Origin: Macrostomum hystrix
Lineage: Eukaryota; Animalia; Platyhelminthes
DNA: 64,000 nt
Reading direction: 5' to 3'
Assembly (NCBI GenBank): GCA_950097015.1
Contig: CATNEN010000007.1
Location: 1-64,000 of the forward strand
Positions 1-10,440 of the stretch are shown here, piece after piece. Positions within the stretch are counted from its first letter, which is position 1; the number at the start of each line of letters is the position of its first letter. Below the pieces are notes generated by a model. That model saw only the letters and a program-made list of their open reading frames with translations, did no database searches and was not told the DNA's origin. The position numbers and the translations under genes were made by a program.

Positions 1-510
1 GACCTCGCAACTGTCGCACTGCCAGCCAGACGGGGCTTGGCGGCGGGGGGAGAATTCAATTGGAGAACGAGAGAGAGAGAGAAACAGACAGATACAGCTA
101 TTGGGAGAGAGAAAGACAAAAGCAATGGTTGCATAGAGACTCAGCTTGTTGCAGGCCATCCGAGCCACCCATTGGAGATGCAGTGAGAGACGGAGAGAGA
201 GGGAGGGAGAGAGGAGGGGGGCAGACGGTGCTGGGGACTGGCGCCGATGCAGAGTTACAAAAAAATAACAGACCCACCGATGATGGCTGCAGCCCCCCGG
301 CCTGGCTACAAAAGAACTTGTAGAGTGAAAATAAACACCAGAGTAATGTATGCATTTAAAACGTTGAGATGGTAGAAAACACACCCCTGCAGTGTGAGTA
401 GGGCAGCTCTGTCTGACTGAGACAGAAAAATACAAATAGACAGACTGATAGGGCGAAAGGGGGCGATTTTCAAGCAAAGAAATTGGTTGCGAAAACTTAA
501 TACATTGGGT

Positions 511-546
511 TTAGGGTTAGGGTTAGGGTTAGGGTTAGGGTTAGGG
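511..546 (+). repeat. Interstitial telomere-type tract (TTAGGG)6 with degenerate flanks
   Basis: Six perfect TTAGGG units, preceded by TTGGGT and followed by TTATGG TTTGGG. Confidence 0.9.
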
Positions 547-1429
547 TTATGGTTTGGGTTTTTGGCTGGACACGCCCCAGTGTCTTCTGTTAGATAAAAA
601 AGTCTGTCTGGTTGTGTCTTCCTTTTTTGCCTGACAGCCTGACTAGGGCAAGGTTATTCTTGTAAATGACGCAAAACTTAGCAATTTCGCGATAGAAGGG
701 CCTGCATGATGCTCCCTCACCATCAGACCTTCCTGCACCTGCAATTCTGTTTTGTCTTTTGCCTTTAAGACTCCCATTTTAGGCGCCATCTCTAATGCTA
801 CTTGTGCCCTGTCGTTCCTCATTCCTTTATGTGCTGACATTTGGTCTCCTCTATGCTAGCAAAAGCCAAGAAATATTAGAATATTCTTCCCACCCCTGTT
901 CTCTCGCCTTCATCTCTTTCTCTTTCTCCCCCATTTCTCTCCCCCTTTCCCCCTTCTTTCTCTCCCCTATTTCTACATTTTTCTCCCTTCTCTTCTCCCT
1001 CGTTCTCCCTCTTCTGTCCTTGAATGTCAGTTTCATCTCAGAATCCCGTATAAAAATGGACGGCTTTGGGAATTTATGTACGAGCTATGTTTTTGCCGAA
1101 TGACACTTCGATCCTTCTTTCCTCGCGCCCTGCAGTCAACCTGAAATAATAACAACATCTCTCTATAGCCCGCGAATTTCTTTGCCCAAATCATTCATCC
1201 CAATCGGATCCATTCGATCGACCAGTTTCTCTGCATTGCAGTTTCTGCTCCTGTTACCAGGCGTGGGTGGATGAAGGCATGGGATTTTTCCCAGGTGGCT
1301 GAAGACGAAATCCAACCGCTTTATATGGGATAAATGAGAAAACTAATTGTAAGTCAATAATCGAGAAAACTGTTTTTGTTTACGCCCAGGTGAATCTTTG
1401 GATGTCGATTGGGATTGGAAACATCCCCA

Positions 1430-1505
1430 AGGTCGCTAGGGTCGAGATTCGAACTTCAGACCACCCAGTAAGTCGTTCAAAGCTCTTACCAATGGGCTGA
1501 AACCT
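1430..1505 (-). mobile_element. tRNA-derived SINE head (body probably extends leftward)
   Basis: The minus strand reads an A-box-like TCAGCCCATTGGTAAGAGC and a B-box GTTCGAATCTC, with no clean cloverleaf. Confidence 0.45.
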
Positions 1506-2202
1506 TAGCTTAAACAATGATTTGGTGGAAAAATAAATAAACGATTGTCAAAATTATGTTGAATAAGAACTTACCCGATGCCACTGAACTAAACAGGGCG
1601 GCACTTATGGAGAAAAAGTGTAAAATAGAATACAAGAACAGGCTCCTTCAGAATGCTTTTCTCCTCCTCATCAACTTAGGAAGTGAAGGCAAAACATTCA
1701 GCATTGCCTTTAGGGTTTAGCGTGGGAGGCGGGGGGAAACAAGACTCAGGGCAGGGCGGGCTGAGTGGATGAGGCAGAGCTTCATCAACTCAAAGTTTCT
1801 TCATCGGCGAATTCAAACAAATTTGTTGCATATTTTCCAACTTTCTGTTTTTTTGTAGAACAGCTTAACAACATGGCAGCTTTATAGAACAATGGTCTTG
1901 CCTGATTATTTGGGGTGCCGGATTGAAGTGCCTGGTGGAAAGCTGTCATTTAATGCCTCAGCGACCTACCTAGATCATTATATTCAGCCGAAGCAATCGA
2001 GCCGCCTTGGATTCGCCATCAAGCAGCGGCGCGCAGACAAGATGCTGTCACCGAGAAAAGCAGCTCAAACACGCACACCCTGCAAGCCACGGGAGATGGC
2101 GTCCAATGGCTGCCTAATTCCAAAAAGGGATTTCGACGTCTGGGCGGGGTCTAGTTCCGCTGTGAGCCCAAGCGGACTCTCTCCAGCTCCCAACCCCACA
2201 AG

Positions 2203-2260
2203 CTCGTCAATATAAGACGCGATTATCAGGCGAGAGTCCCGTTTGCTCTGACTCAGTCTT
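2203..2260 (+). promoter_or_regulatory. Core promoter of the small secreted-protein gene
   Basis: CGTCA half-site next to TATAAG (~2210) and an Inr-like TCAGTC (~2253). A 5'UTR intron follows (GTGAGT 2319 to CCTTACAG 2418). Confidence 0.5.
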
Positions 2261-2424
2261 GACACTCTGCTCAGCGGTACCAAGGCTCAAAGCCCACCGA
2301 CTTCAATTTGAGAAGGCTGTGAGTGTCCTATCTGTTGTCGCTATCTGTCTGTGAAGTTTCAAGCATGCTCAGGCACTCACAGATTTCAATGCTAAATAAA
2401 TTGCAACCCTCCTTACAGACAGCC

Positions 2425-2748
2425 ATGGACAAGCTCGTGCTCCTCCTACTCGCTGCCCTGCTGCTAGCTGCCGCCCCCGCAACTGCCGCCCCCACCGCCA
2501 ATCGGCCGACACCCGCCGAAGCCCATCCGTCCAGTGGGCAACAAAAGCAGCAGCAGCAGCAGCAGCAGCGGCAACTCCTCTCAGAGCTGCAGTTTGAGCA
2601 GCTTTGGTCTGAGTTCCTCCACAGTATGGAGCAGCCCGCAGCTCCGGCGAGGCCGGATCAGCAGCAGCAGACTGAGCTAGATGCCCAGTTCGTCACCGAC
2701 CTGCTGCTGTCATCGCCCCGCTACCGAGCCGAGCTCCTTGGACACTGA
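2425..2748 (+). CDS. Small secreted polyQ-containing protein / possible peptide precursor (107 aa)
   Basis: MDKLVLLLLAALLLAAAPATA signal peptide, GC-rich codon usage, upstream UTR intron and TATA, AATAAA at 2768. No family recognised. Confidence 0.75.
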   Translation: MDKLVLLLLAALLLAAAPATAAPTANRPTPAEAHPSSGQQKQQQQQQQRQLLSELQFEQLWSEFLHSMEQPAAPARPDQQQQTELDAQFVTDLLLSSPRYRAELLGH

Positions 2749-3045
2749 GCTCGCTCTTGTGTACTAAAATAAACCCACATCCCGATGGCTCTCCTGACGG
2801 AACTGAATTTTCATGCGAATTCAAAATAAACTGTCGGTTCGTGGAACAAGCTTAAAGCCACGATACATTCCCGCCTCTCGCTACTGACGATGGCCGGCTT
2901 AAATAGTCAAGCTTGCGCATGAATAGTTTAAATATCAGTGCGTATTTATTTAAGTACAATTCAGTGTTTCAATGGAAGTTTCAGAACTATCAGCTTGGCT
3001 TGATACCCGGATGTGAAACTGGTGTAATTTAAGCTTCATCTGACT

Positions 3046-3420
3046 CAGGCGGTGTGTGCCAGAGCGGTTAATGCGTGTGCCTCTCGCACCAAGGTCCCTG
3101 AGCTCGATTCCGTGGCGAGGCCACATTAAATTGGAGTGCAGCCGCGGAGTGAAGGCTTGGGGTCTTGTCATGCAATTTATGCCATTGAGGGCCAACCTCC
3201 AAGGCACAGTGAAGTGTACACTGCCTGACGATGAGAAAGTCAGGGCAGATGTACACACCTGTGTAAGCGTGTACCTGCGTACAGTATCTGTGTGCGTGTG
3301 TGTTCTGGAGTCAGCGAAATGGGGCAGAATTGCCTCCTCGCTGACTGCGGGCCTAGTGTCACTAAATGATGTGCCATTACCCGCAGGCCTCCTACAATTA
3401 TTATTATTATTATTATAATC
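3046..3420 (+). mobile_element. tRNA-derived SINE family A, full-length copy
   Basis: A/B-box-like head (GCCAGAGCGGTT...GCTCGATTCC), body shared with the copies at 48852, 49170 and 54745, and an (ATT)n tail at 3398-3418. Confidence 0.8.
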
Positions 3421-3875
3421 AACAGATAACACATAGCTTTAACAGATAACCAGCTGAAACTTCTAACTTGTGACACTACAGTGCGCACAAGTGTTGGCCC
3501 TTTGTCGATCTTGATAAGAGCGAATGCGCAAACTTGTGATTTCTGTAGAAGTTTAGTAAAAACTTTTCATCCTTAATGGTATCGCTGGTACTTGTATAAT
3601 TGTGTACACGCATAAACGGATGTAGTGAACAAGTTTGTAACACCGAGTATCGAGAAAATCAACGCTATATAATTATACATTGTGCAGATAGTAATCTATA
3701 GATTTTAAGTCGTTAAAAAATATTTTTGTTGACAACTCCTGAACAGAAAATTGTTGAAAGAGAGGTCCATGTGGTTTGGTTTCTGACAAGCTAAAAATCT
3801 ACAAGGAATTGGTGATGCAACACTGTGGCTTGCTGTCTAGCTAATGGGTGCAAAAGTTAGTCCCACAGTTGAGAT

Positions 3876-5098
3876 TCACAGGTCGATGCGGGCCACCTGA
3901 AGAAAGCTGAGGTCCTGCCTAGCCGAGTAGATCACAAATCGGTCCTGGCCGGGCACTGAAACATCGCTGCGCAGTGTCACGCTGATCTGGCTGCCGGCAT
4001 CCAGTGTGACCATGCCAACTGTCAGGCAGGTCAGCGGCCGCACTGTGCTCAGAACCCGGCCGGTGAACTTGGCCGAGCCGTCGACCTGTACGGTGCACTC
4101 GATACTCCGAGGCACGCTGACGTTGTGCATCCGGACCACCAGCTGGGCGGCCACATAGTACATGCCCGCCTGCAGCACCCGCACCGAGGTGTCGTCGGGC
4201 GTCACGGCGAAGGCGTCCTCTTGGTAGGCGTGCTTCGGCACCCAGGGCCGCACTGGGATGTCGTTTTTGTGCTCTGTAATAATGATAATAATAAATTATT
4301 ACACCTGCCACAATCGGGCCAGATGTGCTGCCGACTGAAGGCTGCGTACAGCTGTTCACGCAGGACGCCACACCCACCCTCCATCACCCCAGCTGATGCT
4401 GGTTCCCATTTAACAGCTGGGTGAACTGAAGCAAATCAGAGTTTGAGTGTCTTGCTAAAGGACGCAAATTGTTCCAGTGGAGTGGGGAATCGAACTCCCG
4501 ACCTTCAAGTCGTGAGTCCAACAGTCTAAACGCTAGGCTAAAATCCCCCTTGGGAAATTAATAAAAGGCAATTTCAGCACAAAAGTACATGCTTAATGAT
4601 CAGAGCAGTTTTCGATGGCGCTAAATTAATTACCTCTGCTCACGATGGCTCCCTGTCTCACTGTGCAGAAGAGACCTGGAAGTTGCCACCACACGCTGGC
4701 AACCTTTCTGAGCTCAGTCTCAGGGAGATCTGAAAATCAGATTTTTGAATCACTACAGATTGAGTCTAAATTATTGTAGGATTCCACACAGTTTTTGAGT
4801 ACTCCCATCTCAATCGCTCACCATTCGAGTCTCATCGGCGAGATGCTCGGATGAGTTCAACCAGCTGCTATTCAGCTTCGGATCGAATCGCTTCAGCCCG
4901 ACTGTTGTGCTGAAGGTGAGAACGCCGAGGACGCAGGCGGCCACCCGCTGCCGCAGCCAGAACTAGCCGGGAGTGCCTTCTCGCCTTGGACATGCGGACT
5001 TGACGACTGACTGTTGGCTTGGATGCAGCTGCTGGAGGCTCAACAGACTGAGCTTCCACTTGGAGCAGATGAGCATCGGGACTCGCCTCTTGAGACAT
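3876..5098 (-). pseudogene. TNF-like gene T1: type II membrane TNF-homology protein with two frameshifts in this sequence (pseudogene or assembly error)
   Basis: Exons 5098-4822, 4729-4634, 4273-3876. The last exon has VRVLQAGMYYVAAQL and ends SFLQVARI. Removing one G at 4944-4946 restores a TM helix (LVLAAAAVAACVLGVLTF). Adding one base at 4678-4679 restores the C-x8-C exon seen in paralog T2. TATA at ~5183-5191. Confidence 0.75.
4278..4550 (-). mobile_element. CORE-type tRNA SINE family B inside T1 intron 2
   Basis: CCCATTTAACAGCTGGGTGAACTGAAGC...GTGTCTTGCTAAAGGAC resembles the reverse complement of the MIR CORE. Reversed B and A boxes follow, with a (TTA)n tail. A second copy lies at 33085-33370. 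Confidence 0.7.
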
Positions 5099-5714
5099 GT
5101 TTGGTTGAGTTCAGTAGACTTGTTTCAATCGTTGATTTGCTTCTAGAATGGAAGCTTTTGTTAGCAAAATGAAGTCCCTGGCTTATTATAAAGCCTGGGC
5201 AACCCTTGGCCCGCGTTCCCTTGGCCATCATTCTAGCTAAAAATAGCAATTCTGAAGTGCTCCTTAGGCCTGCCGCCGACTGGTGTCGTTGCGATGAAAT
5301 CTCTGCAGCAGTTAAAATTAGAAGCTCATTGTGCCAGTTAGTGGCAGAGAATTGTGACGCCTCATTATTTTGTTGCTTTTGGCACAGCTTTCGCCGTTTA
5401 ATTTTGCAACCCTCGAGATTAAATTTAGGTCCAGTCGGCGGTTTTCGAATAAACGAAAATAAAACATCACAATAATTAATTATATTTAAACAAAGTTTAT
5501 TTTTGACAGTTTTAGCATTCTAAAAAAATTATAACCGACCTGATAATCTTTTTATTTCTCAGGTTAATCAATCAATTTATAACTGATGTAATTGATCTAA
5601 AAGATAATTTATAAATTGATCTCGTATCTGAAAATCGATGTGTTGATCGATTTTATTTTTATGAATTGACGATTTGATAATCAATGAATTGACTTATCTG
5701 ATAAAAATGATCTC

Positions 5715-7937
5715 TCTTATAATCTGTGGATTAATCTCTCTGATCATCTGTGGATTGAATTCTCTGATCATCTGTGGATTAATCTCTCTGATCATCTGTG
5801 GATTAATCTCGCTGATCATCTGTGGATTGAATTCTCTGATCATCTGTGGATTGAATTCTCTGATCATCTGTGGATTGAATTCTCTGATCATCTGTGGATT
5901 GAATTCTCTGATCATCTGTGGATTGAATTCTCTGATCATCTGTGGATTGAATTCTCTGATCATCTGTGGATTAATCTCTCTGATCATCTGTGGATTAATC
6001 TCGCTGATCATCTGTGGATTGAATTCTCTGATCATCTGTGGATTGAATTATCTGATCATCTGTGGATTGATCTCTCTGATCATCTGTGGATTAATCTCTC
6101 AAATCATCTGTGGATTGAATTCTCTGATCATCTGTGCATTAATCTCTCTAATCATCTGTGGATTAATCTCGCTGATCATCTGTGGATTGAATTCTCTGAT
6201 CATTTGTGGATTAATCTCGCTAATCATCTGTGGATTGAATTTACTGATCATCTGTGGATTAATCTCTCAGATCATCTGTGGATTGAATTCTCTGATCATC
6301 TGTGGATTGAATTCACTGATCATCTGTGGATTGAATTATCTGATCATCTGTGGATTGAATTCACTGATCATCTGTGGATTGAATTATCTGATCATCTGTG
6401 GATTGAATTCACTGATCATCTGTGGATTGAATTATCTGATCATCTGTGGATTGAATTATCTGATCATCTGTGGATTGAATTCTCTGATCATCTGTGGATT
6501 AATCTCTCTGATCATCTGTGGATTAATCTCGCTGATCATCTGTGGATTAATCTCTCAAATCATCTGTGGATTGAATTCTCTGATCATCTGTGGATTGAAT
6601 TCACTGATCATCTGTGGATTGAATTATCTGATCATCTGTGGATTGAATTCACTGATCATCTGTGGATTGATTTATCTGATCATCTGTGGATTGAATTCTC
6701 TGATCATCTGTGGATTAATCTCTCTGATCATCTGTGGATTGAATTATCTGATCATCTGTGGATTGAATTCACTGATCATCTGTGGATTGAATTATCTGAT
6801 CATCTGTGGATTGAATTATCTGATCATCTGTGGATTGAATTATCTGATCATCTGTGGATTGATCTCTCTGATCATCTGTGGATTAATCTCTCAAATCATC
6901 TGTGGATTGAATTCTCTGATCATCTGTGGATTAATCTCGCTGATCATCTGTGGATTAATCTCTCAAATCATCTGTGGATTGAATTCTCTGATCATCTGTG
7001 GATTAATCTCGCTGATCATCTGTGGATTAATCTCTCAAATCATCTGTGGATTGAATTCACTGATCATCTGTGGATTGAATTATCTGATCATCTGTGGATT
7101 GAATTCACTGATCATCTGTGGATTGATCTCTCAAATCATCTGTGGATTGAATTCTCTGATCATCTGTGGATTAATCTCTCTGATCATCTGTGGATTGAAT
7201 TATCTGATCATCTGTGGATTGAATTCACTGATCATCTGTGGATTAATCTCTCTGATCATCTGTGGATTGAATTATCTGATCATCTGTGGATTGAATTCAC
7301 TGATCATCTGTGGATTGAATTATCTGATCATCTGTGGATTGAATTATCTGATCATCTGTGGATTGATCTCTCTGATCATCTGTGGATTAATCTCTCAAAT
7401 CATCTGTGGATTGAATTCTCTGATCATCTGTGGATTAATCTCTCTGATCATCTGTGGATTAATCTCGCTGATCATCTGTGGATTAATCTCGCTGATCATC
7501 TGTGGATTGAATTCTCTGATCATCTGTGGATTAATCTCTCTGATCATCTGTGGATTAATCTCTCTGATCATCTGTGGATTGAATTCTCTGATCATCTGTG
7601 GATTAATCTCTCTGATCATCTGTGGATTAATCTCTCTGATCATCTGTGGATTAATCTCTCTAATCATCTGTGCATTAATCTCTCTGATCATCTGTGCATT
7701 AATCTCTCTAATCATCTGTGCATTAATCTCTCTGATCATCTGTGGATTGATCTCTCTGATCATCTGTGGATTAATCTCGCTGATCATCTGTGGATTGAAT
7801 TCTCTGATCATCTGTGGATTAATCTCTCTGATCATCTGTGGATTAATCTCTCTGATCATCTGTGGATTGATCTCTCTGATCATCTGTGGATTGATCTCTC
7901 TGATCATCTGTGGATTGATCTCTCTGATCATCTGTGG
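5715..7937. repeat. 24-bp minisatellite (CTGATCATCTGTGGATTGAATTCT)n, ~90 copies
   Basis: Direct inspection; explains the LIICGLNS / DHLWIEFS pseudo-ORFs. Confidence 0.97.
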
Positions 7938-8082
7938 AATAATGTACCCCTGAATCGAAGGACTTTAAAATGCGATCGCCTGTCAACAATTGAGAACTTT
8001 GACTAAAAAAACTGATAAAAGAGTTGCGACTTTTGAAGAAATCAGACTTGGGTGGCAACAAAGTTTATAAAACTGCTAAACT

Positions 8083-9235
8083 ATGGTTGATGAGTCAGTC
8101 AGGTCAGGTGACACAGAAGCATGTGCTATGACTTTAGAAAAATGCGAACAAGGATACAGAGCTAGAAATCTAAATCAAATGCAGCACGCGGCACACTGCG
8201 TGAGTGTCAGAGTGTCAGAGGTGTCAGAGTTTCAGAGTGTCAGAGTGTCAGAGTGTCAGAGTGTCAGAGTGTCAGAGTGTCAGAGTGTCAGAGTGTCAGA
8301 GTGTCAGAGTGTCAGAGTGTCAGAGTGTCAGAGTGTCAGAGTGTCAGAGTGTCAGAGTGTCAGAGTGTCAGAGTGTCAGAGTGTCAGAGTGTCAGAGTGT
8401 CAGAGTGTCAGAGTGTCAGAGTGTCAGAGTGTCAGAGTGTCAGAGTGTCAGAGTGTCAGAGTGTCAGAGTGTCAGAGTGTCAGAGTATCAAAGTGTTAGA
8501 GTGTCAGAGTGTCAGAGTGTCAGAGTGTCAGAGTGTCAGAGTGTCAGAGTGTCAGAGTGTCAGAGTATCAAAGTGTCAGAGTGTCAGAGTGTCAGAGTGT
8601 CAGAGTGTCAGAGTATCAAAGTGTCAGAGTGTCAGAGTATCAAAGTGTCAGGGTGTCAGAGTGTCAGAGTGTCAGAGTGTCAGAGTGTCAGAGTGTTGGA
8701 GTGTCAGAGTGTCAGAGTGTCAGAGTGTCAAAGTGTCAGAGTGTCAGGGTGTCAGAGTGTCAGAGTGTCAGAGTGTCAAAGTGTCAGAGGTGTCAGAGTG
8801 TCAGAGTGTCAGAGTGTTGGAGTGTCAGAGTGTCAGAGTGTCAGAGTGTCAAAGTGTCAGAGTGTCAGAGTGTCAGAGTGTCAGAGTGTCAGAGTGTCAG
8901 AGTGTCAGAGTGTCAGTGCAGTTTCATCATGTCAGTGGTAAGTAGCCAAGTCCTAAATATCCTGAATCAAGTTGTAATGTTTGGCTGAGTAATTTGACTG
9001 GCAATTTCCGGTTTGATTTAGCAAGATTTCAGAAGTGCAAGTGTTCAGGAAGTGAATCGGAATGTTTAACAAGATCTCAGTCGATTGAATCCTTCCTAGA
9101 AGCTTCATCTTTTACTTGCTTGCACTTGCAATTGCAAAATCGTTTATTTGTCATCGTCTGTTACAGATGACGTGCATTGATAAGTGTCCAGCAATTACAT
9201 GCGAAACATGGACTTGTCAAGCTAAGCCAGGTTAA
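8083..9235 (+). CDS. Candidate two-exon Cys-rich micro-protein (8083-8199, 9167-9235; ~61 aa)
   Basis: Strong GTGAGT donor at 8200, TGTTACAG acceptor at 9166, in-frame exon MTCIDKCPAITCETWTCQAKPG*, AATAAA at ~9285. No signal peptide found and the model is uncertain. Confidence 0.3.
8204..8915. repeat. 8-bp tandem repeat (GTCAGAGT)n
   Basis: Direct inspection; begins immediately after the GTGAGT donor at 8200. Confidence 0.97.
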
Positions 9236-9393
9236 AAGTGTAACGAGTGACGGAGTGGGGTTGTAACCTGTACGATGTATGCAATAATAAATAAATGTAC
9301 ATAGACGTACACTTTAATTTCGGGTCTTGAAGTTAAAATTAATCTAAAAACACCCTCACTCAACGACACAAACTTTTAGAAGTAAAAGGGAGC

Positions 9394-10008
9394 AAATTGT
9401 CCCCAGTCCGATTGTCCCCAGTCAAATTGTCCCCAGTCCGATTGTCCCCAGTCCGACTGTCCCCAGTCCGATTGTCCCCAGTCAAATTGTCCCTAGTCTA
9501 ATTGTCCCCAGTCAAATTGTCCCCAGTCCAATTGTCCCCAGTCAAATTGTCCCCAGTCAAATTGTCCCCAGTCAAATTGTCCCTAGTCTAATTGTCCCCA
9601 GTCAAATTGTCCCTAGTCTAATTGTCCCCAGTCAAATTGTCCCCAGTCCAATTGTCCCCAGTCAAATTGTCCCCAGTCAAATTGTCCCCAGTCAAATTGT
9701 CCCTAGTCTAATTGTCCCCAGTCAAATTGTCCCCAGTCCAATTGTCCCCAGTCAAATTGTCCCCAGTCAAATTGTCCCCAGTCAAATTGTCCCCAGTCAA
9801 ATTGTCCCCAGTCAAATTTTCCCTAGTCCAATTGTCCCCAGTCCAATTGTCCCCAGTCCAATTGTCCCCAGTCCGATTGTCCCCAGTCCGATTGTCCCCA
9901 GTCAAATTTTCCCTAGTCCAATTGTCCCCCAGTCAAATTGTCCCTAGTCCAATTGTCCCCAGTCAAATTGTCCCCAGTCAAATTGTTCCCAGTCCAATTG
10001 TCCCCAGT
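9394..10008. repeat. 15-bp minisatellite (AATTGTCCCCAGTCA)n, ~40 copies
   Basis: Direct inspection. Confidence 0.95.
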
Positions 10009-10440
10009 GAGTTAAATAATTAAAACCACAATGATTCACTGTTTGCGCAGTTGAAAAGCTACAAATTAATTTTCTAAAACAAAATTTCTCCTGTATTTTT
10101 GTCACTTTTTTATTTCATACAAAATGTACTTTTATTGGGTAAATATAGTTTGTGATTAGAACTTGTGACACTTCATTGTTATAAAAACGTGTTAAACAGC
10201 AAAAAGAATATTTTACTCGAAGTACCTGAAGTTTTTTACTGAACAAAATTGTTTAAGAATTTAACTGTCCTGATTTTTTTCTGAGAAGCAGATAGCAATA
10301 ATAACTCTGAAAGTAAATTGTACAGTAACTCAAGAATGGGATGCTCATTCTCTATAGTGAAAGTCACAGCCATAACCTGGGCCTAAGAACATTGTCAACA
10401 CCGAGGCCCAGATTTAGTTTATTCAGGAATCAAAGCATTG

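Noticed and set aside
3046-3125. tRNA gene candidates (also 1430-1505, 4480-4550, 33300-33370, ~56205)
   Set aside because: Degenerate boxes, no consistent acceptor stem, and attachment to shared SINE bodies indicate SINE heads.
3224-3240. Hammerhead-like CTGACGA...GAAA in SINE A
   Set aside because: Only 3 nt separate the motifs, so stem II cannot form, and no matching stem I/III with an NUH site was found.
5674-8006. Long ORFs (759 aa LIICGLNS, 600 aa DHLWIEFS)
   Set aside because: Translations of a 24-bp minisatellite that is open in several frames on both strands, with no unique coding flanks.
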